From IMG/VR virus record IMGVR_UViG_3300038797_000108, positions 1 to 26,003 of that record: a stretch of 26,003 bases of DNA. One strand, given 5' to 3'. The notes below the pieces were generated by a model. The model was not told the origin of the DNA and did not search any database. It saw only the letters and a program-made list of their open reading frames with translations. Below are positions 14,546 to 23,090 of the stretch, piece by piece. The first letter of the stretch is position 1, and each line of letters begins with the position of its first letter. The position numbers were made by a program, and so were the translations under genes. The stretch is from a virus. Its lineage: Duplodnaviria; Caudoviricetes.

Positions 14546-15817
14546 ATGTTCTTTTCAAGCGTGCTCGGCGAAGGGCGCGGCAACTTGACGGACCCGGGCA
14601 GTGGCTTCTGGCGCGGCTTGATTGGCAGCGGTCGCAACAGCTCCGGCGTGAAGGTCACGCCGGAGTCAGCCTTGGGTCTGCCGATCCTACAGAATTGCGT
14701 CACGCTGCTAGCCGAGACCATGGGGCAGCTGCCGTGTGAGATGTACAAGCGGTTGGACAAAGGCCAGCGCGAAGCGGCTATCAATCATCCGGCGTATGAC
14801 GTGCTGCGGTACCAGCCAAACGGCTTTCAGACTCCGTACGAGTTCATGGAGTGCATGCAGGGTGCCGCCGGCTTGCGCGGCAACGGTTACAGCTTCATCG
14901 ACCGTCGCGACGACGGCAACGTTGTGGAGCTCTGGCCGCTGTGTAACGACAAGGTTCAGGTGCTCAAGGGCGGCGACATGCTGCCGTATTACCGGATCGC
15001 TGGCGGTGAGGCTCTACCGATGCGCATGGTCCATCACGTGCGATGGTTCAGTACCAACCACTACGTGGGGCTGTCACCAATTGAGGTGCATGCCGATTCG
15101 CTGGGATTGGCTCAGGCTGTCCGGCAGTACACGGGCAAGAGCTTCGCCAACGGTGTGACGGTCTCCGGCGTAATCGAGCGGCCACGAGAAGCGCCCGCGA
15201 TCAAGGATCAGGGCAGCATCGACAAAATCGTCGACCAGTGGGGCCAGAAGTTTGGCGGTATGGACAACGCCAAGAAGGTGGCCTTGCTGCAAGAGGGCAT
15301 GACCTTTAAGCCTGTCTCCATGAACAACGTTGACGCCGAGGTGCTGGGGATCCTGAAAACCACCGGTACCGATATCGCCAGGATCTACAAGATCCCTTTG
15401 CCCATGGTCAACGACCTGGAGAAGTCCAACTACAACACCCTTGAGCAGCTGATGATTCAGTTCGTGGTGTTCGCGTTGCTGCCGTGGGTCAAGCGTCACG
15501 AACAGTCGATGATGCGCGACTTCCTGTTGCCCGCAGATCGGCGCAACTACTTCATCGAGTTCAACCTCTCCGGGCTGCTACGTGGCGACCAGAAGAGCCG
15601 CTACGAAGCCTATGCCATTGGACGTCAGTGGGGTTGGCTGAGTGCCAACGACATCCGGCGGCTGGAGAACATGCCGCCGGTAACGGGCGGCGACATCTAC
15701 ATGCAGCCGCTGAACATGGTTGACGCAGGCAAGAGCGGCGCCGACTTAACCAACCCTGCGGTGCGCGCGCAACTCGAAATGCAGCACGCACAAATTGAGA
15801 GGATTCTGGCGCAATGA
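14546..15817 (+). CDS. Portal protein, HK97 family
   Basis: SD GGAGG; QPN..QT, GNGY, GLSPI, LLQEGM.F, LLRGD.KSR, NDIRRLENMPP..GGD. Confidence 0.95.
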   Translation: MFFSSVLGEGRGNLTDPGSGFWRGLIGSGRNSSGVKVTPESALGLPILQNCVTLLAETMGQLPCEMYKRLDKGQREAAINHPAYDVLRYQPNGFQTPYEFMECMQGAAGLRGNGYSFIDRRDDGNVVELWPLCNDKVQVLKGGDMLPYYRIAGGEALPMRMVHHVRWFSTNHYVGLSPIEVHADSLGLAQAVRQYTGKSFANGVTVSGVIERPREAPAIKDQGSIDKIVDQWGQKFGGMDNAKKVALLQEGMTFKPVSMNNVDAEVLGILKTTGTDIARIYKIPLPMVNDLEKSNYNTLEQLMIQFVVFALLPWVKRHEQSMMRDFLLPADRRNYFIEFNLSGLLRGDQKSRYEAYAIGRQWGWLSANDIRRLENMPPVTGGDIYMQPLNMVDAGKSGADLTNPAVRAQLEMQHAQIERILAQ

Positions 15818-16758
15818 AAAACTACCTGCGAGCCTCCAGCCTGCTGTTCAATCAGCCGCTGTTGGTGATGCCTGATATGTTGGACCTCGGCGTTCGCTGG
15901 GCCAACCAGGTGATGAGCTTGAACATCGTCAATATCGGTGCGGCGGGCGCTGCTGGCCTGTGGTCGGATGACGGTATGGACCGCATCGCCCAGCGCGAAG
16001 AAGAGCGCCGTACTGCGATTGCCCGCACCGGCATTGAGGTGATTCCGGTCAGCGGTGTGTTGGTCAGTCGCGGTAGCCATATCGGTATGTGCGAGACGAT
16101 GACCAGCTATGAACAGCTGCGCGGGCAGATCCGAAACGCAGTTGCTGACCCGATGGTCGAGCGGATCGTGCTGGACATCGACAGCCCCGGTGGTTCTGCC
16201 GTGGGGGCGTTTGAACTAGCTGCGGATATCCGCGCCATGGCCCAGCAAAAGCCCATCACCGGCATCGTGAACTTCATGGCTTACAGCGGCGGCTACCTAC
16301 TCGGCTCGGCCTGTAGCGAGTTGGTGGTGAGCCAAACCAGCGGCGTCGGTTCCATCGGTGTCATTGCTAGCCATATGGACCGTTCCAAGATGGAAGAGGG
16401 CATGGGCGTCAAGGTAACCACGGTGTTTGCCGGAGCCCACAAAAACGACCTTAGCCCACACGAACCCTTGAGCGATCAGTCGCTGAAGTATCTCAACGAC
16501 GTTGTTCAAGAGAGCTATCAGCTCTTCGTCAACGCTGTTGCCGAGTACCGGGGGTTGTCTGTACAGCAGGTGATGGCGACCGAGGCGGGGTTGTATCGCG
16601 GTCAGGCCGGCATCAGTGCCGGCCTGGCGGATCGAATGCAGAGCCCGCAACAGGCCGTTGATGACCTTTCCCATTCGGTTGCGGTAAGCCGGGCAAGCCG
16701 CCCGGGTGGTCGCATTGCGGTCCGTGCTGCTGCACTGAACCTTCAAACACTGAGCTGA
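15814..16758 (+). CDS. S49 family prohead protease
   Basis: LDIDSPGG, MAYSGGY, GSIGV, AGAHK, GLAD motifs. Confidence 0.93.
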   Translation: MKNYLRASSLLFNQPLLVMPDMLDLGVRWANQVMSLNIVNIGAAGAAGLWSDDGMDRIAQREEERRTAIARTGIEVIPVSGVLVSRGSHIGMCETMTSYEQLRGQIRNAVADPMVERIVLDIDSPGGSAVGAFELAADIRAMAQQKPITGIVNFMAYSGGYLLGSACSELVVSQTSGVGSIGVIASHMDRSKMEEGMGVKVTTVFAGAHKNDLSPHEPLSDQSLKYLNDVVQESYQLFVNAVAEYRGLSVQQVMATEAGLYRGQAGISAGLADRMQSPQQAVDDLSHSVAVSRASRPGGRIAVRAAALNLQTLS

Positions 16759-16779
16759 CCGCGTTCGCGGCACTCGTCG

Positions 16780-16804
16780 AAGCCCGCCTTGTGCGGGTTT
16801 TTTT
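16780..16804 (+). terminator. Terminator-like hairpin before the capsid gene
   Basis: AGCCCGC-CTTGT-GCGGGTT followed by a T run. Confidence 0.65.
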
Positions 16805-16820
16805 ATGCCCAGGAGGCACC

Positions 16821-18131
16821 ATGTCCCTTGTACTTCAAATGCGTAGCGAACGCGCCCAGTTGGTTACCCAGGTCCAGGCACTTGCCCAGATCGAGGCCGG
16901 TGGCGCTAGCCTCACAGTGGAGCAGCTCGCGCAGTTTGCGCAGTTGGAAACCCAGATCAACGAAATGACCGCGAAGATCACTCGCGCCGAAAGCGCCGAG
17001 CGTATCGCGGCAGCGGCTGCGGTGCCTGTTGAGGAGAGCGCGCAGGGCAATAAAGGCTCCCCAACTCATATCAGCACTCATAGCGAACCAACAAAGCCGG
17101 GTGTCGCGATGGCGCAAATGGTGCGCCTGATGGTCCAGGCTGGCGGCAATCAGCAGGTCGCTGCTGAAATGGCGAAGACTGGCGGCTATGGTGCTGACGT
17201 GCACATGGCTCTGTCCACCGTGACCGCTGGTGCCGGTGGTGTGCTGGTGCCAGAAAACTTCAGTACCAGCGTCATCGAGTCGCTGCGGCCCAAGTCGGTT
17301 GTGCGAAAAATGGGTGCGATCAGCTTGCCGTTGAACAACGGCAATCTGACCATGCCGCGTGTGCTCGGTAATACTCAGGTGACCTACCTGGGGACCGAGG
17401 AAGACATCGCAATCACCGACATGCAATTCGGGGACCTGAAGCTGTCCGCGAAAAAGGCCGCCGCGATCGTCCCGATTTCCAATGACCTGCTGGCGTATGC
17501 CGGTGTTAACCCCCGCATCGACGCCCAGGTCAGCAGCGACTTGGCGGTCAGCATGGGCCTGTCCGAGGATTTGCACTTCATCCGCGGCGCTGGCACCGGT
17601 TCGCTGCCGAAAGGCCTGCGTTACTGGGCTCTGCCTGGGAACGTCCTGGGTGCTCCAGCTGGTGCGACGTTGGCTATTGTTGACCTGTACCTGGGCAGCA
17701 TGATGCTCCGTCTCGAAACGGCGAACGTTGAGCTGGGTGGTTGTGGTTGGATCATGGCGCCGCGCACCATTCGTTGGTTGCAATCTCTGCGCGATGGTAA
17801 CGGCAACAAGGCATATCCAGAAATTGATGCCGGCCAGTTGAAGGGCTACCCAGTTGCACTGACCACTCAGGTACCAACCAACCTCGGTGTCGGTGGCAAC
17901 GAATCCGAAATCTACTTCGTGAACTTCGCTGATTGCTACATCGGTGAAGACACTACCCTGGCCATCGCTATCAGTACTGAAGCTTCCTACAAGGACGGTG
18001 CTGGTAATACCGTCAGCGCGTTCCAGCGCGACCAAACGCTGATCCGTGTGATCAGTAAGCATGACTTCGGCCCGCGTCATGTCGAGTCGATCTCCGTGGG
18101 CACCGCCATCACTTGGGGCGCTGGTATGTAA
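16821..18131 (+). CDS. Major capsid protein, HK97 fold with N-terminal coiled-coil scaffold domain
   Basis: SD AGGAGG; GGVLVP, K.AAIVPISNDLL, G.G....PKG, L.GYPV, FQRDQT.IR. Confidence 0.95.
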   Translation: MSLVLQMRSERAQLVTQVQALAQIEAGGASLTVEQLAQFAQLETQINEMTAKITRAESAERIAAAAAVPVEESAQGNKGSPTHISTHSEPTKPGVAMAQMVRLMVQAGGNQQVAAEMAKTGGYGADVHMALSTVTAGAGGVLVPENFSTSVIESLRPKSVVRKMGAISLPLNNGNLTMPRVLGNTQVTYLGTEEDIAITDMQFGDLKLSAKKAAAIVPISNDLLAYAGVNPRIDAQVSSDLAVSMGLSEDLHFIRGAGTGSLPKGLRYWALPGNVLGAPAGATLAIVDLYLGSMMLRLETANVELGGCGWIMAPRTIRWLQSLRDGNGNKAYPEIDAGQLKGYPVALTTQVPTNLGVGGNESEIYFVNFADCYIGEDTTLAIAISTEASYKDGAGNTVSAFQRDQTLIRVISKHDFGPRHVESISVGTAITWGAGM

Positions 18132-18182
18132 TCCCCCGGCCCTGCCTACCGGCGGGGCCAACTATCTTGAGTGGGTAGCAAA

Positions 18183-18515
18183 ATGAGCGATAAGAAAATC
18201 GTCACCTTCAAAAAGGAATGGCGCGGCTACGCCATTGGGGAAACAGCAGGCTTCGATATTGAGGCTGCCAATGCGCTGATCGAGTCGGGTCGGGCCCGGC
18301 CGTATGTAGCATCAGCGGTCGTTGAGAAATCCCAAGTAGCGTCCGGCGGGAAAAAAACGACAGCGAAGAGAGCCGGCAAGTCGACCGACCCAGTCGACCC
18401 AGTCGACCCAGTTGATCCAGTTGATCCGGTGGACCCAGTGGACCCAGTTGATCCGGTTGATCCGGTTGATCCGGTCGACCCAGTTGATCCAGTTGAACTG
18501 GATGAGAAGCCATAA
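18183..18515 (+). CDS. Small post-capsid protein with a (DPV)12 tail
   Basis: V.F.K.WRGY..GE.AGF....A..LI..G.A N-terminal domain, Lys-rich linker, then DPV repeats. Confidence 0.75.
   Translation: MSDKKIVTFKKEWRGYAIGETAGFDIEAANALIESGRARPYVASAVVEKSQVASGGKKTTAKRAGKSTDPVDPVDPVDPVDPVDPVDPVDPVDPVDPVDPVDPVELDEKP
18387..18494 (+). repeat. 12 x 9-bp coding tandem repeat GAYCCRGTN
   Basis: 108 bp; all variation falls at third codon positions. Confidence 0.95.
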
Positions 18516-18518
18516 ACC

Positions 18519-19070
18519 ATGGCCCGTCGAATCGAGTACTTCGGTGATCCGGCGCTAACCCTGGCACAGGTTGCATTCCAGTGCCGGGTTGAGCCGGAGG
18601 ACATGGAGCCGGACCTTATCGAGCAAATCATCATTCCTGGTGTGACCGCTCAATGCGAATCAAAAACCGGCGCCGCAATTCGTGGTGCGGTTTACGAAGA
18701 GGACTGGCCGACGTCTTTCGCGGCCGGTCACGCCTTGGACGCCGGCCAGGCCAATGAGATTGTTTCAGTCATGTCACGGCAGCCGGATGGCACATGGGCA
18801 GAGCAGGCCGGCCCGTTCGACCTTCAACAGGGGCAGCGAGAAAGTTTGTTGTTCTTTCCCTCTGGGCGGCCTGCTGGTCCGTTGCGGATCCGCTACAAGG
18901 CCGGGCTCAATCTTGACCTTCACCCGGGTGTGCGCAATTGGCTGCTGATGGCTGCGGCAACCATCTACCGTCACCCGGAATTGTTCCTGGTGGGGCAGAC
19001 ATTGGCTGAGCTGCCGTCAACGTTTCTCGACTACCTGGTGGCTGAGATCACCGTTCCGCCGAGGTTCTGA
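18519..19070 (+). CDS. Head-tail connector (gp6/gp15-like)
   Basis: P.LTLAQV..QCRV...D...I....A.CE..TG..I and W.LM.AAT.YRH.E patterns; position after capsid. Confidence 0.8.
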   Translation: MARRIEYFGDPALTLAQVAFQCRVEPEDMEPDLIEQIIIPGVTAQCESKTGAAIRGAVYEEDWPTSFAAGHALDAGQANEIVSVMSRQPDGTWAEQAGPFDLQQGQRESLLFFPSGRPAGPLRIRYKAGLNLDLHPGVRNWLLMAAATIYRHPELFLVGQTLAELPSTFLDYLVAEITVPPRF

Positions 19071-19072
19071 AC

Positions 19073-19435
19073 ATGGCGATGCGCGAGCCCAGTGCCGGGG
19101 AGTTGGACCGGCGTATCACGTTGCGATTGAGGACAGATGTTCCGGCCCCCGATCTGGGGCTCGACTCATTGTTCGCCGGGCAGAAAAAAAGGTGGGCAAA
19201 GATTGAGCCTGTTGGGACCGCCGTTTACGCGAGTGGAGTCCAGACCGACGTCAAGATCACTCACAGGGTGACCATCTATTACCTAAAGGGCATGAGTGAG
19301 TCGCATGAAGTCGTGCATGGAACCACGGTTTATCGCGTGCGCAGGGTCACAGATATGAACGGTAAACGCCGGTACACCTTGCTTGAGGTTGAAGAGCTGG
19401 GTCCGGAAAAAGCAGGGGGAGGCATCTATGGCTAA
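19073..19435 (+). CDS. Head-tail adaptor / head closure protein
   Basis: AGEL.RRITL...WAKIEP...THRVTI.Y...YRV..V.D. Confidence 0.85.
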   Translation: MAMREPSAGELDRRITLRLRTDVPAPDLGLDSLFAGQKKRWAKIEPVGTAVYASGVQTDVKITHRVTIYYLKGMSESHEVVHGTTVYRVRRVTDMNGKRRYTLLEVEELGPEKAGGGIYG

Positions 19436-19949
19436 TTCCGGATCACTCGAGGGATACCTGCACATAGAAGGCTTCGATCAGTTCGGCCGCGAAGCTTTCG
19501 ACAAGAAAAAGATCCGCGCCGGTATGCGCAAGATCGGCCGGCTGGTCACCCAGCGCGCGCAGATGAACCTGGCGCTGGGCAAGGGGCAGGATGGTTACCC
19601 GGTCAATCGCACCGGGGCCACCCTGGAATCGATTACCGCCAAAGTGTCGCGCTCCGGGTTCATGGTCAAGGTCGCGCCGCGCAAGACCAGCGCGATGAAA
19701 ACCTACTACCCGGCGTTCCTGCACTACGGGGTCAAGCGCGGCAAGCGCCTGGGCAAGTTGGCGCCGGGCAAGGGTGTCGGCAAAAGCAACCGCCGCGCCA
19801 AGGGCGTGCGCGCCGCGGCGCTGGCCGAGCGCGCCGCCGGTGAGTGGCGGATCAAACCGCGTGACAACTACATGGTCGACGCCCTGCAGGATGCCTCGGC
19901 GCAGGTGCAATCGATTCTTTCCGCCGCCTTTGCCGCCGCCCTTGGCTGA
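19428..19949 (+). CDS. Tail completion protein, HK97 gp10-like
   Basis: P..RTG.TL.SI, Y.AFLHYG, I.PR.NYM..AL; SD GGAGG. Confidence 0.7.
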   Translation: MANSGSLEGYLHIEGFDQFGREAFDKKKIRAGMRKIGRLVTQRAQMNLALGKGQDGYPVNRTGATLESITAKVSRSGFMVKVAPRKTSAMKTYYPAFLHYGVKRGKRLGKLAPGKGVGKSNRRAKGVRAAALAERAAGEWRIKPRDNYMVDALQDASAQVQSILSAAFAAALG

Positions 19950-19972
19950 GCGTTAGCACTTCTGGAGCCGTT

Positions 19973-20563
19973 ATGAAACTGACCCCCATTGTCGCGCAGC
20001 TGCGCGCGGACTGCCCGACCTTTGCCGGCCGGGTCAGTGCCGGCATTGATTGGGACGCGGTGGTCGACAGCGCCAAGCTCGCGCTGCCGGCGGCCTACGT
20101 GATCGCCGCGGCCGATGCGGCCGGTGACAACCAGGTGCAGAACGGTGTGCAGCAACTGATTACCGACCTGTTCAGTGTGGTGGTGGTTCTCGATTCCGGC
20201 GACGAGCGCGGGCAGGCGTCCAATGACGCCCTGCACGACGTGCGCAGCGAGCTCTGGCGGGCGCTGGTGGGCTGGACGCCGGGTGGCGACTACAGCCCGA
20301 TTGAATACGTCAAGGGTGAACTGCTGCACATCAGCCGGGCGCGCACCGTTTACCAGTACAGCTTTATCGCCGATTTCCAGCTGGGGCGTAACCGCCCTGG
20401 TGATCCACCCGAAACCTGGCATGAACGTGACCTTGACGGTCTGCCCGGTTTCACCGGCGCCACGATCCGCATGGACTGCATCGACCCGGCGGATCCGAAC
20501 CTGCAGTACCCCGGCCCGGATGGGCGTATCGAAGTGACCTTTTCAGGAGACGTAACCCCATGA
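19973..20563 (+). CDS. Tail terminator-like protein (SfV/Mu-like tail module)
   Basis: MKLTPIVAQLR..CP.F.GRV, LPAAYV, L.RALVGW.P; position before sheath. Confidence 0.7.
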   Translation: MKLTPIVAQLRADCPTFAGRVSAGIDWDAVVDSAKLALPAAYVIAAADAAGDNQVQNGVQQLITDLFSVVVVLDSGDERGQASNDALHDVRSELWRALVGWTPGGDYSPIEYVKGELLHISRARTVYQYSFIADFQLGRNRPGDPPETWHERDLDGLPGFTGATIRMDCIDPADPNLQYPGPDGRIEVTFSGDVTP

Positions 20564-20766
20564 CCCAGCGCATCACAGTGGTGCCGGCCGAAGGCCGCGC
20601 CGTGCCCGATCCGGAGGCCGGCGACCTGTTGCCCGCCGAAGGCCGCGAGGTGCCCGATAACGCCTGGTGGCGCCGCTTGGAGCGCGCACAGGACGTCAGC
20701 ATCAAGGATGCGACGGAAAAAACCACCCCAGCCGCACGCGCGGCGAAATCTGAGGAAGCGCAATAA
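20560..20766 (+). CDS. DUF2635 family (Mu gp38-like) protein
   Basis: V.PAEGRAVPDP..G.LLPAEG.EVP.NAWW.R.....DV. Confidence 0.85.
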   Translation: MTQRITVVPAEGRAVPDPEAGDLLPAEGREVPDNAWWRRLERAQDVSIKDATEKTTPAARAAKSEEAQ

Positions 20767-22262
20767 TGGCGATCGGATTCAGCAACATCCCCGCCGATAT
20801 CCGTGTGCCGCTGTTTTATGCGGAGATGGACAACTCGGCGGCCAACAGCGCGACCTCGGCTATGCGCCGCTTGATCGTCGCCCAGGTCAACGACGCCGTG
20901 GTCAGTGCTGGCCTGGGCCAGCTGGTGCTGGTGTCCAGCCTGGCGCTGGCCAAGGAAATCGGCGGGCCCGGTTCGATGCTGGCGGCGATGTACGAGGCGT
21001 TTCGCAAGGTCGATCCGATCGGCGAGATCTGGTGCCTGCCGCTGGAAAAGGGCGACGGCGCGGCCGCCACGGCCACGGTGACCCTGACCGGTACCGCGAC
21101 CGAAGCCGGGTTGCTGAATTTGTACATCGGCGGCGTGCGGGTGCAGTCGGTGGTGGTCTCGGCGGCCACCCCGACCGTCGCCGCGGCGGCGCTGGCGGTG
21201 AAAATCAACGCCATGCCGGACCTGCCGGTGACGGCGGCCGCGGTAGCGGGGGTGGTTACCCTGACCTGCAAGTGGTCGGGTGACAGCGGCAACGACCTCA
21301 GCCTGCAGCTTAATCGCCTGGGCAAGTCCAACGGCGAGCAGACCCCTGCAGGGTTGAATGCGGTGGTCACCGCGATGACCGGTGGCGTCGGCACCCCGGA
21401 TGCGCTGGACGCCGTGGCGGCCATTGGTGATGAGCCGTTCGAATTCATCAGTATGCCCTGGACCGATAGCACCTCGCTCAACGCCTGGCAGGCGGCCATG
21501 GATGACAGCGTTGGCCGCTGGAGCTGGGCCAAGCAATTGTTCGGTCACGTCTACAGCGCCAAGCGCGGCACCCTCGGCACCTTGGTGGCGGCGGGGCAGG
21601 CGCGCAATGACCAGCACATGACCATTCAGGCCATGGAGCCGGGTGTGCCGCAGCCGTTCTGGGTACAGGCAGCGAGCCTGACGGCGCGCACCGCGGTGTT
21701 CATCTCGGCCGATGCCAGCCGCCCGACGCAAAGCGGCGCGCTGCCGGGGCTGGATCCGGCGCCGGCGAGTGAGCGTTTCACCCTGACCGAGCGCCAATCG
21801 TTGCTCAGTTATGGCATCGCTACGGCCTATTACGAAGGCGGTTATGTGCGCATCCAGCGCTCGATCACCACCTACCAGAAAAACGCCTTTGGCCAGGCCG
21901 ACAACTCGTACCTGGACAGCGAGACCATGCACCAGTCGGCGTACATCATTCGCCGCCTGCAGGGCGTGATCACCAGCAAGTACGGGCGGCACAAGCTGGC
22001 CAGCGATGGCACCCGTTTCGGCGCTGGTCAGGCCATCGTTACCCCGAGCACCATCCGCGGTGAACTGATCGCCCAGTACGCCAAGCTGGAAAGCGAAGGC
22101 CACGTCGAGAACGCCGAATTGTTTGCCGAGCACCTGGTGGTCGAGCGCGACAGCCTGGACCCGAGCCGGGTCAACGTGCTGTTCCCGCCGGACTACATCA
22201 ACGGCCTGCGTATCTTCGCCATGCTCAACCAGTTCCGCCTGCAGTACGACGCCGCGGCGTAA
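20766..22262 (+). CDS. Tail sheath protein, Mu gpL-like
   Basis: FSNIP.DIRVPLFYAEMDNSAAN, G.GSML..M, DASRPTQ, D.SYLD.ET, VER...DP.RVNV..P. Confidence 0.95.
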   Translation: MAIGFSNIPADIRVPLFYAEMDNSAANSATSAMRRLIVAQVNDAVVSAGLGQLVLVSSLALAKEIGGPGSMLAAMYEAFRKVDPIGEIWCLPLEKGDGAAATATVTLTGTATEAGLLNLYIGGVRVQSVVVSAATPTVAAAALAVKINAMPDLPVTAAAVAGVVTLTCKWSGDSGNDLSLQLNRLGKSNGEQTPAGLNAVVTAMTGGVGTPDALDAVAAIGDEPFEFISMPWTDSTSLNAWQAAMDDSVGRWSWAKQLFGHVYSAKRGTLGTLVAAGQARNDQHMTIQAMEPGVPQPFWVQAASLTARTAVFISADASRPTQSGALPGLDPAPASERFTLTERQSLLSYGIATAYYEGGYVRIQRSITTYQKNAFGQADNSYLDSETMHQSAYIIRRLQGVITSKYGRHKLASDGTRFGAGQAIVTPSTIRGELIAQYAKLESEGHVENAELFAEHLVVERDSLDPSRVNVLFPPDYINGLRIFAMLNQFRLQYDAAA

Positions 22263-22280
22263 GCCGAGCCTTCACCCTCT

Positions 22281-22303
22281 AGCCCGCCGCGTGCGGGCTT
22301 TTT
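22281..22303 (+). terminator. Terminator-like hairpin between sheath and tube
   Basis: AGCCCGC-CGCGT-GCGGGCT followed by TTTT. Confidence 0.55.
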
Positions 22304-22321
22304 CATTCTGGAGCAAAGACC

Positions 22322-22669
22322 ATGGGGCAAAAAGTTGCCGGCACTGCGTACGTCAAGGTCGACGGGATGCAGCTGACCATCACGGGCGGTGCCGAGGCAC
22401 CGTTGATGGATAAAAAACGCGAGACGGTTTATCCGGGCTTTTACAAGGAAGAAGAGCTGGCGGCGTATCTGAAGATGACCGCCTTGATGCCGCCGGATTT
22501 TCCGTTGAAGGCTCTGACCCAGGGCACAGACATGACCGTCACCTGTGAATTCAACAACGGCAAGGTCTACGTATTGTCCGGTGCATACATGGTCGACGAG
22601 CCGTCCTTGAAGGGCGAGGACGGCACCCTGGAACTGCAATTCGACGGCGTTAAAGGAGTATGGCAATGA
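22322..22669 (+). CDS. Tail tube protein, Mu gpM-like
   Basis: AGTAYVKVDG.QL...G.YKEE...NGKVYVLSGA...G...L.F.G. Confidence 0.9.
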   Translation: MGQKVAGTAYVKVDGMQLTITGGAEAPLMDKKRETVYPGFYKEEELAAYLKMTALMPPDFPLKALTQGTDMTVTCEFNNGKVYVLSGAYMVDEPSLKGEDGTLELQFDGVKGVWQ

Positions 22670-22962
22670 GTGAGGTGATCAAGTTGCAGGTGGCCATTCA
22701 AGCCCAGGATGAAACCCTGACCAGCCTGACCCTGCGCCGCCCGACGGTGCAGGAAGTGCGCGCGATCAAGGCGCTGCCGTACAAGATCGATCAGAACGAG
22801 GAGGTCAGCCTCGACATGGAGGTAACGGCCAAATACATCGCCGTGTGCGCGGCGATCCCGCCGTCGTCGGTCAACCAGTTGGATCTGGCCGACCTCAACA
22901 CGTTGAGCTGGACCATTGCCGGTTTTTTCATGAAGCCGGGATCGGCGCCGTCGACGAGCTGA
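22666..22962 (+). CDS. Tail assembly chaperone (Mu gp41 / P2 gpE-like)
   Basis: LTLRRPT..EV, IP.SSV.QLD.AD.......I.GFF; lies between tube and tape measure. Confidence 0.88.
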   Translation: MSEVIKLQVAIQAQDETLTSLTLRRPTVQEVRAIKALPYKIDQNEEVSLDMEVTAKYIAVCAAIPPSSVNQLDLADLNTLSWTIAGFFMKPGSAPSTS

Positions 22963-23090
22963 CCACCGTCGCTTATGACCTGGCCTGGTTCTGGAAGGTA
23001 GACCCCGACCAGATGCTGGCTAAGCCCATGGACGTGCTGCAGGAATCGCTGCAGCACGCCCAGCGCATTAACAAAATCCAGCAGGGGTAG
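22923..23090 (+). CDS. -1 frameshift extension of the tail chaperone (gpE'/gpGT-like)
   Basis: Slippery heptamer T TTT TTC at 22923-22929; the -1 frame reads FFHEAGIGAVDELTTVAYDLAWFWKVDPDQML...QQG up to the tape-measure start. Confidence 0.8.
   Translation, partial: FFHEAGIGAVDELTTVAYDLAWFWKVDPDQMLAKPMDVLQESLQHAQRINKIQQG

Noticed and set aside
18387-18494. Possible CRISPR-like array
   Set aside because: Contiguous 9-bp coding repeats with no spacers and no cas genes
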